Shown here in pieces: positions 37,054-50,689 of a stretch of 64,000 nucleotides of DNA; the stretch's first letter is position 1; each line of letters starts with the position of its first letter. Source of the DNA: Eledone cirrhosa (taxonomy: Eukaryota); the NCBI GenBank assembly GCA_964016885.1, contig OZ024743.1:197222001-197286000 (forward strand), in the 5' to 3' direction. Made by a program: the position numbers and the translations under genes. Under the pieces are notes generated by a model. That model had not been told where the DNA came from. It saw only the letters and a list, made by a program, of their open reading frames with translations, and did no database searches.

Positions 37054-40000
37054 TAGCTAGCAAGAAGGTAATGATTGAGATGTGTCTATGCATTTAACAA
37101 GCGATTAACAAAAATACAAAATTTGTTCAGTTAAATACGTCCAAAAACCTAAACGTATTTAGCACTTAATAGGAACAGAAAATGTAGTTTGTTTTAGCGA
37201 TAGAATGGCTATTTGGACTTGAAATACGAAATGAGAGAGAGAGAGGAGAGAGAGATGAAGTCTGTACCTTACGTTTACATGATTTTCGTTCGGACAGCAG
37301 GCAAAGAAATGAAATTTGGCGAAGTGAATTCCTATCATATATTTATAGGGAGAGAGAGAGAGAGAGAGAGTGCGAGGGTAGGGGGCCACATGATGGCTGT
37401 GGGTGTTAGGCGTTTGACCGCCCCGTGCCTTCGAAGAAGGAAGAAGGAAAGGATTTTGCTTTTTTTGGGGTTTGAAAATACGTTAGGAATTAAGGTTTGA
37501 AAATAGCTAGCAAGAAGGTAATGATTGAGATTTGTCTATGCATTTAACAAGCGATTAACAAAAATACAAAATTTGTTCAGTTAAATACGTCCAAAAACCT
37601 AAACGTATTTAGCACTTAATAGGAACAGAAAATGTAGTTTGTTTTAGCGATAGAATGGCTATTTGGACTTGAAATACGAAATGAGAGAGAGAGAGGAGAG
37701 AGAGATGAAGTCTGTACCTTACGTTTACATGATTTTCGTTCGGACAGCAGGCAAAGAAATGAAATTTGGCGAAGTGAATTCCTATCATATATTTATAGGG
37801 AGAGAGAGAGAGAGAGAGAGTGCGAGGGTAGGGGGCCACATGATGGCTGTGGGTGTTAGGCGTTTGACCGCCCCGTGCCTTCGAAGAAGGAAGAAGGAAA
37901 GGATTTTGCTTTTTTTGGGGTTTGAAAATACGTTAGGAATTAAGGTTTGAAAATAGCTAGCAAGAAGGTAATGATTGAGATTTGTCTATGCATTTAACAA
38001 GCGATTAACAAAAATACAAAATTTGTTCAGTTAAATACGTCCAAAAACCTAAACGTATTTAGCACTTAATAGGAACAGAAAATGTAGTTTGTTTTAGCGA
38101 TAGAATGGCTATTTGGACTTGAAATACGAAATGAGAGAGAGAGAGGAGAGAGAGATGAAGTCTGTACCTTACGTTTACATGATTTTCGTTCGGACAGCAG
38201 GCAAAGAAATGAAATTTGGCGAAGTGAATTCCTATCATATATTTATAGGAGAGAGAGAGAGAGAGAGAGAGTGCGAGGGTAGGGGGCCACATGATGGCTG
38301 TGGGTGTTAGGCGTTTGACCGCCCCGTGCCTTCGAAGAAGGAAGAAGGAAAGGATTTTGCTTTTTTTGGGGTTTGAAAATACGTTAGGAATTAAGGTTTG
38401 AAAATAGCTAGCAAGAAGGTAATGATTGAGATTTGTCTATGCATTTAACAAGCGATTAACAAAAATACAAAATTTGTTCAGTTAAATACGTCCAAAAACC
38501 TAAACGTATTTAGCACTTAATAGGAACAGAAAATGTAGTTTGTTTTAGCGATAGAATGGCTATTTGGACTTGAAATACGAAATGAGAGAGAGAGAGGAGA
38601 GAGAGATGAAGTCTGTACCTTACGTTTACATGATTTTCGTTCGGACAGCAGGCAAAGAAATGAAATTTGGCGAAGTGAATTCCTATCATATATTTATAGG
38701 AGAGAGAGAGAGAGAGAGAGAGTGCGAGGGTAGGGGGCCACATGATGGCTGTGGGTGTTAGGCGTTTGACCGCCCCGTGCCTTCGAAGAAGGAAGAAGGA
38801 AAGGATTTTGCTTTTTTTGGGGTTTGAAAATACGTTAGGAATTAAGGTTTGAAAATAGCTAGCAAGAAGGTAATGATTGAGATTTGTCTATGCATTTAAC
38901 AAGCGATTAACAAAAATACAAAATTTGTTCAGTTAAATACGTCCAAAAACCTAAACGTATTTAGCACTTAATAGGAACAGAAAATGTAGTTTGTTTTAGC
39001 GATAGAATGGCTATTTGGACTTGAAATACGAAATGAGAGAGAGAGAGGAGAGAGAGATGAAGTCTGTACCTTACGTTTACATGATTTTCGTTCGGACAGC
39101 AGGCAAAGAAATGAAATTTGGCGAAGTGAATTCCTATCATATATTTATAGGAGAGAGAGAGAGAGAGAGAGAGTGCGAGGGTAGGGGGCCACATGATGGC
39201 TGTGGGTGTTAGGCGTTTGACCGCCCCGTGCCTTCGAAGAAGGAAGAAGGAAAGGATTTTGCTTTTTTTGGGGTTTGAAAATACGTTAGGAATTAAGGTT
39301 TGAAAATAGCTAGCAAGAAGGTAATGATTGAGATTTGTCTATGCATTTAACAAGCGATTAACAAAAATACAAAATTTGTTCAGTTAAATACGTCCAAAAA
39401 CCTAAACGTATTTAGCACTTAATAGGAACAGAAAATGTAGTTTGTTTTAGCGATAGAATGGCTATTTGGACTTGAAATACGAAATGAGAGAGAGAGAGGA
39501 GAGAGAGATGAAGTCTGTACCTTACGTTTACATGATTTTCGTTCGGACAGCAGGCAAAGAAATGAAATTTGGCGAAGTGAATTCCTATCATATATTTATA
39601 GGGAGAGAGAGAGAGAGAGAGAGTGCGAGGGTAGGGGGCCACATGATGGCTGTGGGTGTTAGGCGTTTGACCGCCCCGTGCCTTCGAAGAAGGAAGAAGG
39701 AAAGGATTTTGCTTTTTTTGGGGTTTGAAAATACGTTAGGAATTAAGGTTTGAAAATAGCTAGCAAGAAGGTAATGATTGAGATTTGTCTATGCATTTAA
39801 CAAGCGATTAACAAAAATACAAAATTTGTTCAGTTAAATACGTCCAAAAACCTAAACGTATTTAGCACTTAATAGGAACAGAAAATGTAGTTTGTTTTAG
39901 CGATAGAATGGCTATTTGGACTTGAAATACGAAATGAGAGAGAGAGAGGAGAGAGAGATGAAGTCTGTACCTTACGTTTACATGATTTTCGTTCGGACAG

Positions 40001-41871
40001 CAGGCAAAGAAATGAAATTTGGCGAAGTGAATTCCTATCATATATTTATAGGAGAGAGAGAGAGAGAGAGAGAGTGCGAGGGTAGGGGGCCACATGATGG
40101 CTGTGGGTGTTAGGCGTTTGACCGCCCCGTGCCTTCGAAGAAGGAAGAAGGAAAGGATTTTGCTTTTTTTGGGGTTTGAAAATACGTTAGGAATTAAGGT
40201 TTGAAAATAGCTAGCAAGAAGGTAATGATTGAGATTTGTCTATGCATTTAACAAGCGATTAACAAAAATACAAAATTTGTTCAGTTAAATACGTCCAAAA
40301 ACCTAAACGTATTTAGCACTTAATAGGAACAGAAAATGTAGTTTGTTTTAGCGATAGAATGGCTATTTGGACTTGAAATACGAAATGAGAGAGAGAGAGG
40401 AGAGAGAGATGAAGTCTGTACCTTACGTTTACATGATTTTCGTTCGGACAGCAGGCAAAGAAATGAAATTTGGCGAAGTGAATTCCTATCATATATTTAT
40501 AGGGAGAGAGAGAGAGAGAGAGAGTGCGAGGGTAGGGGGCCACATGATGGCTGTGGGTGTTAGGCGTTTGACCGCCCCGTGCCTTCGAAGAAGGAAGAAG
40601 GAAAGGATTTTGCTTTTTTTGGGGTTTGAAAATACGTTAGGAATTAAGGTTTGAAAATAGCTAGCAAGAAGGTAATGATTGAGATTTGTCTATGCATTTA
40701 ACAAGCGATTAACAAAAATACAAAATTTGTTCAGTTAAATACGTCCAAAAACCTAAACGTATTTAGCACTTAATAGGAACAGAAAATGTAGTTTGTTTTA
40801 GCGATAGAATGGCTATTTGGACTTGAAATACGAAATGAGAGAGAGAGAGGAGAGAGAGATGAAGTCTGTACCTTACGTTTACATGATTTTCGTTCGGACA
40901 GCAGGCAAAGAAATGAAATTTGGCGAAGTGAATTCCTATCATATATTTATAGGGAGAGAGAGAGAGAGAGAGAGTGCGAGGGTAGGGGGCCACATGATGG
41001 CTGTGGGTGTTAGGCGTTTGACCGCCCCGTGCCTTCGAAGAAGGAAGAAGGAAAGGATTTTGCTTTTTTTGGGGTTTGAAAATACGTTAGGAATTAAGGT
41101 TTGAAAATAGCTAGCAAGAAGGTAATGATTGAGATTTGTCTATGCATTTAACAAGCGATTAACAAAAATACAAAATTTGTTCAGTTAAATACGTCCAAAA
41201 ACCTAAACGTATTTAGCACTTAATAGGAACAGAAAATGTAGTTTGTTTTAGCGATAGAATGGCTATTTGGACTTGAAATACGAAATGAGAGAGAGAGAGG
41301 AGAGAGAGATGAAGTCTGTACCTTACGTTTACATGATTTTCGTTCGGACAGCAGGCAAAGAAATGAAATTTGGCGAAGTGAATTCCTATCATATATTTAT
41401 AGGAAGAGAGAGAGAGAGAGAGAGAGTGCGAGGGTAGGGGGCCACATGATGGCTGTGGGTGTTAGGCGTTTGACCGCCCCGTGCCTTCGAAGAAGGAAGA
41501 AGGAAAGGATTTTGCTTTTTTTGGGGTTTGAAAATACGTTAGGAATTAAGGTTTGAAAATAGCTAGCAAGAAGGTAATGATTGAGATTTGTCTATGCATT
41601 TAACAAGCGATTAACAAAAATACAAAATTTGTTCAGTTAAATACGTCCAAAAACCTAAACGTATTTAGCACTTAATAGGAACAGAAAATGTAGTTTGTTT
41701 TAGCGATAGAATGGCTATTTGGACTTGAAATACGAAATGAGAGAGAGAGAGGAGAGAGAGATGAAGTCTGGAGAGAGAGATGAAGTCTGTACCTTACGTT
41801 TACATGATTTTCGTTCGGACAGCAGGCAAAGAAATGAAATTTGGCGAAGTGAATTCCTATCATATATTTAT

Positions 41872-41909
<38 letters not shown>

Positions 41910-42333
41910 CGAGGGTAGGGGGCCACATGATGGCTGTGGGTGTTAGGCGTTTGACCGCCCCGTGCCTTCGAAGAAGGAAGAAGGAAAGGATTTTGCTTTT
42001 TTTGGGGTTTGAAAATACGTTAGGAATTAAGGTTTGAAAATAGCTAGCAAGAAGGTAATGATTGAGATGGGTCTATGCATTTAACAAGCGATTAACAAAA
42101 ATACAAAATTTGTTCAGTTAAATACGTCCAAAAACCTAAACGTATTTAGCACTTAATAGGAACAGAAAATGTAGTTTGTTTTAGCGATAGAATGGCTATT
42201 TGGACTTGAAATACGAAATGAGAGAGAGAGAGGAGAGAGAGATGAAGTCTGTACCTTACGTTTACATGATTTTCGTTCGGACAGCAGGCAAAGAAATGAA
42301 ATTTGGCGAAGTGAATTCCTATCATATATTTAT

Positions 42334-42371
<38 letters not shown>

Positions 42372-42795
42372 CGAGGGTAGGGGGCCACATGATGGCTGTG
42401 GGTGTTAGGCGTTTGACCGCCCCGTGCCTTCGAAGAAGGAAGAAGGAAAGGATTTTGCTTTTTTTGGGGTTTGAAAATACGTTAGGAATTAAGGTTTGAA
42501 AATAGCTAGCAAGAAGGTAATGATTGAGATGGGTCTATGCATTTAACAAGCGATTAACAAAAATACAAAATTTGTTCAGTTAAATACGTCCAAAAACCTA
42601 AACGTATTTAGCACTTAATAGGAACAGAAAATGTAGTTTGTTTTAGCGATAGAATGGCTATTTGGACTTGAAATACGAAATGAGAGAGAGAGAGGAGAGA
42701 GAGATGAAGTCTGTACCTTACGTTTACATGATTTTCGTTCGGACAGCAGGCAAAGAAATGAAATTTGGCGAAGTGAATTCCTATCATATATTTAT

Positions 42796-42833
<38 letters not shown>

Positions 42834-43257
42834 CGAGGGTAGGGGGCCACATGATGGCTGTGGGTGTTAGGCGTTTGACCGCCCCGTGCCTTCGAAGAAG
42901 GAAGAAGGAAAGGATTTTGCTTTTTTTGGGGTTTGAAAATACGTTAGGAATTAAGGTTTGAAAATAGCTAGCAAGAAGGTAATGATTGAGATGGGTCTAT
43001 GCATTTAACAAGCGATTAACAAAAATACAAAATTTGTTCAGTTAAATACGTCCAAAAACCTAAACGTATTTAGCACTTAATAGGAACAGAAAATGTAGTT
43101 TGTTTTAGCGATAGAATGGCTATTTGGACTTGAAATACGAAATGAGAGAGAGAGAGGAGAGAGAGATGAAGTCTGTACCTTACGTTTACATGATTTTCGT
43201 TCGGACAGCAGGCAAAGAAATGAAATTTGGCGAAGTGAATTCCTATCATATATTTAT

Positions 43258-43295
<38 letters not shown>

Positions 43296-43719
43296 CGAGG
43301 GTAGGGGGCCACATGATGGCTGTGGGTGTTAGGCGTTTGACCGCCCCGTGCCTTCGAAGAAGGAAGAAGGAAAGGATTTTGCTTTTTTTGGGGTTTGAAA
43401 ATACGTTAGGAATTAAGGTTTGAAAATAGCTAGCAAGAAGGTAATGATTGAGATGGGTCTATGCATTTAACAAGCGATTAACAAAAATACAAAATTTGTT
43501 CAGTTAAATACGTCCAAAAACCTAAACGTATTTAGCACTTAATAGGAACAGAAAATGTAGTTTGTTTTAGCGATAGAATGGCTATTTGGACTTGAAATAC
43601 GAAATGAGAGAGAGAGAGGAGAGAGAGATGAAGTCTGTACCTTACGTTTACATGATTTTCGTTCGGACAGCAGGCAAAGAAATGAAATTTGGCGAAGTGA
43701 ATTCCTATCATATATTTAT

Positions 43720-43757
<38 letters not shown>

Positions 43758-44181
43758 CGAGGGTAGGGGGCCACATGATGGCTGTGGGTGTTAGGCGTTT
43801 GACCGCCCCGTGCCTTCGAAGAAGGAAGAAGGAAAGGATTTTGCTTTTTTTGGGGTTTGAAAATACGTTAGGAATTAAGGTTTGAAAATAGCTAGCAAGA
43901 AGGTAATGATTGAGATGGGTCTATGCATTTAACAAGCGATTAACAAAAATACAAAATTTGTTCAGTTAAATACGTCCAAAAACCTAAACGTATTTAGCAC
44001 TTAATAGGAACAGAAAATGTAGTTTGTTTTAGCGATAGAATGGCTATTTGGACTTGAAATACGAAATGAGAGAGAGAGAGGAGAGAGAGATGAAGTCTGT
44101 ACCTTACGTTTACATGATTTTCGTTCGGACAGCAGGCAAAGAAATGAAATTTGGCGAAGTGAATTCCTATCATATATTTAT

Positions 44182-44217
<36 letters not shown>

Positions 44218-44641
44218 CGAGGGTAGGGGGCCACATGATGGCTGTGGGTGTTAGGCGTTTGACCGCCCCGTGCCTTCGAAGAAGGAAGAAGGAAAGGATT
44301 TTGCTTTTTTTGGGGTTTGAAAATACGTTAGGAATTAAGGTTTGAAAATAGCTAGCAAGAAGGTAATGATTGAGATGGGTCTATGCATTTAACAAGCGAT
44401 TAACAAAAATACAAAATTTGTTCAGTTAAATACGTCCAAAAACCTAAACGTATTTAGCACTTAATAGGAACAGAAAATGTAGTTTGTTTTAGCGATAGAA
44501 TGGCTATTTGGACTTGAAATACGAAATGAGAGAGAGAGAGGAGAGAGAGATGAAGTCTGTACCTTACGTTTACATGATTTTCGTTCGGACAGCAGGCAAA
44601 GAAATGAAATTTGGCGAAGTGAATTCCTATCATATATTTAT

Positions 44642-44679
<38 letters not shown>

Positions 44680-45103
44680 CGAGGGTAGGGGGCCACATGA
44701 TGGCTGTGGGTGTTAGGCGTTTGACCGCCCCGTGCCTTCGAAGAAGGAAGAAGGAAAGGATTTTGCTTTTTTGGGGGTTTGAAAATACGTTAGGAATTAA
44801 GGTTTGAAAATAGCTAGCAAGAAGGTAATGATTGAGATGGGTCTATGCATTTAACAAGCGATTAACAAAAATACAAAATTTGTTCAGTTAAATACGTCCA
44901 AAAACCTAAACGTATTTAGCACTTAATAGGAACAGAAAATGTAGTTTGTTTTAGCGATAGAATGGCTATTTGGACTTGAAATACGAAATGAGAGAGAGAG
45001 AGGAGAGAGAGATGAAGTCTGTACCTTACGTTTACATGATTTTCGTTCGGACAGCAGGCAAAGAAATGAAATTTGGCGAAGTGAATTCCTATCATATATT
45101 TAT

Positions 45104-45141
<38 letters not shown>

Positions 45142-45248
45142 CGAGGGTAGGGGGCCACATGATGGCTGTGGGTGTTAGGCGTTTGACCGCCCCGTGCCTT
45201 CGAAGAAGGAAGAAGGAAAGGATTTTGCTTTTTTTGGGGTTTGAAAAT
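37054..45248. repeat. Tandem satellite, 18 units of ~450-462 bp (one 481), followed by a 200-N gap
   Basis: Near-identical units; length variation mostly in the (GA)n tract. Confidence 0.98.
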
Positions 45249-45709
45249 AAANNNNNNNNNNNNNNNNNNNNNNNNNNNNNNNNNNNNNNNNNNNNNNNNN
45301 NNNNNNNNNNNNNNNNNNNNNNNNNNNNNNNNNNNNNNNNNNNNNNNNNNNNNNNNNNNNNNNNNNNNNNNNNNNNNNNNNNNNNNNNNNNNNNNNNNNN
45401 NNNNNNNNNNNNNNNNNNNNNNNNNNNNNNNNNNNNNNNNNNNNNNNNNNNATTTGTACAAATGTATGTCTGTATGTATGTATGTATGCACAGGCATTGC
45501 TTTATATCTGGAGATCTCTCTGCACTTGTCGTCACATGGTACCATGGGCCCAGCACTATGTGTCAATAATTGTCACAAGTGTAGTGTTTGTACCAGAGTT
45601 TTCAAGTCGCTGGCTGGACTAAAAAGTCACACTCGTTCAGCGCATTGGTAGGGGTTCTCCTACATGGATATAAAGTAGTGGCCGTACTCGAAAACGAGTT
45701 GGCAGCTAT

Positions 45710-47060
45710 CATGTAGGTATGTAGGTATGTATGAAGGTATGTAGGTATGTATGTAGGTATGTAGGTATGTATGTAGGTATGTATGAATGTATGTAGGTAG
45801 GTATGTATGTATGTAGGTATGTATGTATGTAGGTATGTATGTAGGTATGTATGTATGTAGTAATGTATGTAGTTATGTATCTATGTATGTATGTAGGTAT
45901 GTATGTATGTATGTATGTAGGTATGTATGTAGGTATGTATGTATGTAGTAATGTATGTAGTTATGTATGTATGTAGTAATGTATGTAGTTATGTATCTAT
46001 GTATGTATGTAGGTATGTATGTATGTAGGTATGTATGTAGGTATGTATGTATGTAGTAATGTATGTAGTTATGTATCTATGTATGTATGTAGTATGTATG
46101 TATGTAGGTATGTATGTAGGTATGTATGTATGTAGTAATGTATGTAGTTATGTATCTATGTATGTATGTAGGTATGTATGTATGTATGTATTTATGTAGG
46201 TAGATAGGTAAATGGTTAGTAGGAGAGTTGAGCCGTACAGGTAAATGGTTGGTTAGACAATGTTGGATGGACAGGTAACTGGGAAGGCAGAGTATATAGA
46301 GTAGATAGTTGGGGGGTAGATATGTTGGAAGACAGGGTAGATGGTATGTGGTATAAATGGGGGTTGGTATATAGGTACATAGGTAGGTAGCAAGAAATGT
46401 AGGTAGATAGGTAATGTAGGTAGATAGATAAGATAGGTAGACAGGTAGGGTATCTAGATGGGTAGGTAAGCAGTTACACAGGTAGATATATAGGTGGGTA
46501 GGTAGGCAGGTAGGCTATGAAGATAGGTAGGTAAGGAAAACAAATAAATAGGTAGCAGATAAGTAAAGTTCAAGAGATTTTTTTTTTAAGGTATGGAGAA
46601 CCTTGTTAATGGAATGATATAAAGGAGAGAGAGATAGAGAGATGGGTAGAGAGAGAGAGAGAGAGATAAAGAGATAGATAAAGAGAGATAGATAGATAGA
46701 GAGAGAGATAAAGAGATAGATATAGAGACAGAGAGAGGGAGAGAGAGAGATAAAGAGATAGAGAGAGAGATAAAGAGAGAGAGAGAGAGAGATAAAGAGA
46801 AACATATAGAGAGACAGAGAGAGGGAGAGAGAGATAAAGAGATAGATAGAGAGAGAGAGAGAGATAGAGAGAGAGATAAAGAGAGAGAGAGATAAAGAGA
46901 TAGATATATATAGAGAGAGAGATAGAGATAGATAGACAGAGAGAGATAAAGAGATAGATTTCTTTATTAGCCACAAGGGCGCAACAAGAAAAGGGGAGAG
47001 AGATAAAGAGATAGAGAGAGAGAAACAAATAGACTGACAGAGAGTAGGAGATAGATAGGG
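45710..47060. repeat. (ATGT/AGGT)n and (GA/GATA)n low-complexity tracts
   Basis: Directly visible. Confidence 0.9.
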
Positions 47061-47613
47061 GAGGGAATGTATGAGTGAAAGAGGGGGGAATATAAGAGGA
47101 GAGGTTGAGAAACTGAGGAGGGGTGGTAGTGAGAGACAAGGGCAAGGGAGGGAGAGTGAAAGAAAAATAGAAAATGGGAAGGAATGTGAGAAAGAAAAAG
47201 GAGGGAACATGAGAAAGAAAGAGAGGGGGAGGATGTGTCAGAGAGCTGGAGGGGTGCAATGCTATGTAGTTCCTAAGAAAAGTCTGAAAAATGTTCACAA
47301 AGGGAAACACCCATCCCAGTACACCCCCCCCCCCAACCACCACCACCAGTACCAACACCCCCACCAAGAAAATAGGTGTGAAATATTTTTTTAGATCAGT
47401 GAAAAGGTGAAAAGGGGCGGTGCTATCTTTGATAGTGATAGGGTGGAGTAGTGATATATAGATAGATAGATAGATAGATAGATGTTTAGATATTTGCACA
47501 CACACACACACACACGAGTGTGTGTGTGTGTGTGGCTGTAACTAGAAATAGAATGTGGCTGTGTGTATGGCTATATGAAGAAATAGAGAACAGAATATAT
47601 ATATATATGTATA

Positions 47614-47788
47614 TAGGAATGAGTAGGACCCCAACGGCTGAGCTCAAGCCGTTTCAATCAAGCCGGTCGAAACGTCTTGATCTCTGTCGTCGGGGTCCTA
47701 CTCGTTCCTATTACCCACTCTTACTACCCTAAGTATTGAGTACTTTGGTGCTTTATGGTCCACCTGGTTCCTTACCACATTTCCTTCG

Positions 47789-47790
<2 letters not shown>
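47614..47790 (+). mobile_element. Fold-back mini-element from the same family as the 21747-24565 element end
   Basis: ataggaa.gagtaggacccc / ggggtcctactcgttcctat inverted repeat; tail ccactcttactaccctaagtattgagtac. Confidence 0.8.
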
Positions 47791-47861
<71 letters not shown>

Positions 47862-48018
47862 CTAATACATTTTATTTGTCGCAACACTGGTTCTCCGTTT
47901 CTTATGTGATATATATAGATATATATATACACGTGACTGGAACAGGTAGCAGGGAAAAGCGAATGTAAAATGATGATGATGTATGTGTGTATATATATAC
48001 ATGGCTGGAACAGGTAAA

Positions 48019-48049
<31 letters not shown>

Positions 48050-48108
48050 TAATATATAAAGAATGAATAATAACAGGTAGACATCATAAAAAGGTAGTTT
48101 ATTCCGTG

Positions 48109-48220
48109 TGCTTACAAGTGTTTCCACGGTGGTACTGCAGCCTAGTTCCGCTACGTGCAAATTCACAAGTATTTGCAGAACTCGAATATCCAATGCTGTG
48201 ACCACTGTTTCCTCAGAGCA
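48109..48220 (-). ncRNA. Type-I hammerhead with 85-nt structured stem II
   Basis: tgct-CTGAGGA-[a acagtggt...accaccgt g]-GAAA-cacttG-TA-agca. Confidence 0.72.
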
Positions 48221-48712
48221 GAATGGTAAATATACAATGTAAAAACCCTTAAGTGGGGTTGTTGGGGAAGATAGAGTGGAACAGGAAGAGAGAAAAGTAG
48301 GGAAGATGGAGAGAGAAGGAAAGATATGCAGGGGTTGGAGAAGTAGGAGAGAGTGGCTTGTAGATATCTTAATCAAAATGTTATGGTAGGGGTTTTATTA
48401 GTTACTTTTGGAGAGATGCGTAGATAGTTGAGGTCGGAATTATTTATTGCCCCAGAGGTCAAGTTCATAGATGTTGAGAGGGAGGTAGGTCAAAGGTGAG
48501 AGAGAGAGAGTGTAATGGATGTAGAGAGAGATATATAGGTAGAGAGGGGACAGATAAAGTATATGTGGTGAGTGAACTTTTGGTTTTGTAGTAGTAATCT
48601 AGGAATTGTACTGAGTTACCATGTATAGTGATAAGCAGTGTATTGTCTTGTAGTGTGGGGAGAAGAGAAGGTTGTTAGCTAGAAAGTGGTGTTGTAGTTA
48701 CGGGTTCGAATG

Positions 48713-49941
48713 TTAAGTTATTTTATAGTGAGAGAATTTAGCTTTTAGTTTGTGGTTGCAGTATAATGATCGTTCAATTCTATCGTTAAGTAGTTTGTTT
48801 TTGGATTTTAGTATGTAAAATAGCTCAAGGTTACATAACCTGCAGTACTTCAAACCACTCCGATATGCATTTGCGCTGGAAAGTATATCCCATTTTAAGG
48901 TGAACTGTTGGTTGTGTTCACGGAGTTGCCAGGTCTTGTTGGCGAGCGTGGTCACAAAACGGTGATTCTGATGTTTGATTGAGAATCGATGACGGTACCA
49001 GCGAGATTTAAACGATGTGGTGGTAGATCCGATATAATACCATTTCTGGTCGTCCGATTCAACCGTGCATTGGTAAACAATGTTGGACTTTAGGCATTCA
49101 TTCTGCAATGGACATCTTTCAGGTAGATGGCAGTTACATGCTTTGTTGTGGGTAGCGGGTATATCATGGATAGGTTGTGATAGCGGTACAGGTGGGTTGT
49201 GCAATATCCGTCTCCCATTTAGTGGTTGGGAGGCAGATATTGCGTTCTGCCCACCTGTTACTAAAATGTTTTGTTTTGTAGAGTTGTTTAATTGCCTTAA
49301 GTTAAGTTTTTTTATGTATGCTTCAAGGTTTGGTGCCGTGGAGTATGATAGTCTAATAGTTTTGGAGTTCAGAATTTTGCTGTACTTATGGGAACTAGGG
49401 AAGTGTTTATTGATTAATTTAAAGAATGAAAGAGATAGTTTTGTACTAATCGAGGCATTAAAAATAGGATTATACCAGATATACTTTCTACAACGTGATT
49501 TATTTGGTGGTGAACTTCTATTATTAGTATGTCTGGTAGTATAGTGTGTGTGTGTGCTTGTGTTTTAGTCCCCCGGTTACGTATACCTTGATTACGTGTA
49601 GAGCTATGTGTGTTGTGGAAATTACTATCGATGTATTCTATTGTATCCCGGTGGTCAGCATTCCTTAATGCATTATTGTAGTATTCAGCATGTTCGCTAA
49701 AAATATCAGAGTTAGACGATAGGCGAGAGATTCTAAGAGAAATACTCCGGGGAACTGATTTGATCATGGAGAGTGGGTGGTTAGAGTTAAAGTCAATATA
49801 CGTAAGGTTCTCATTTACCTTGTGGAAGGGTCGTATCTGTCCGGTATTTAAATTAAGAGTTACGTCCAGAAAGTTTACTACCTTAAGATTGTATTCGTAT
49901 GTTATTTTTTTATTTTTTTTTTCTGCATCTTGGATAATCAC
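48713..49941 (-). pseudogene. Penelope-like RT thumb, CxC-x5-C-x5-C linker and GIY-YIG endonuclease, with one frameshift near 49520-49560
   Basis: [57 protein letters not shown]. Confidence 0.9.
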
Positions 49942-49963
49942 TGCATCTTGGATAATCCTATAC

Positions 49964-50014
<51 letters not shown>

Positions 50015-50125
50015 CTCTTTTACCTGTTCCAACTATGTGTATATATATACATACAAACATACATACATTTTCAATATATATATATATATATGTATATATA
50101 CACATAGTTGGAACAGGTAAAAGAG

Positions 50126-50195
<70 letters not shown>

Positions 50196-50235
50196 CTTTT
50201 ACCTGTTCCAACTATGTGTATATATACATACAAAC

Positions 50236-50270
<35 letters not shown>

Positions 50271-50405
50271 GAGATAATGTATGTATGTATATATATATAT
50301 ATATTGATTATGTATGTATATATACACATAGCTGGAACAGGTAAAAAAGTAATATATATATATATATATATATATATAATGATGATGTATGTATATATGT
50401 ATATA

Positions 50406-50471
<66 letters not shown>

Positions 50472-50522
50472 GCCGGAACAGGTGAAAGAGTAATATATAT
50501 ATATATACATACACATTCTTAC

Positions 50523-50563
<41 letters not shown>

Positions 50564-50689
50564 GTGTGAGTTTGTGTGAAAAAAACAAACAATGGTGAAG
50601 AGGAGAAATTTAGAGAGAAGCAGTGGGGAGTTGTAGACTACTGGAATGGTAGAATAAAACTAGGAGGAGGAAGGGGAGGAGAATGAAGA

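Larger units (their letters stand above)
48060..49960 (-). mobile_element. 5'-truncated Penelope-like element
   Basis: RT C-terminus, Cys linker, GIY-YIG, 3' UTR with hammerhead; flanked by (TA)n. Confidence 0.9.

Noticed and set aside
37159-45569. Repeated 65-99 aa ORFs in the satellite
   Set aside because: Frame changes with (GA)n length; mostly non-ATG starts; no protein motif.
44916-45651. ORFs spanning the N run
   Set aside because: Artefacts of the assembly gap.
48125-49204. Selenoprotein-type PLE (UGA codons plus SECIS)
   Set aside because: No in-frame TGA at cysteine positions and no clear AUGA-AA-GA SECIS core by eye.
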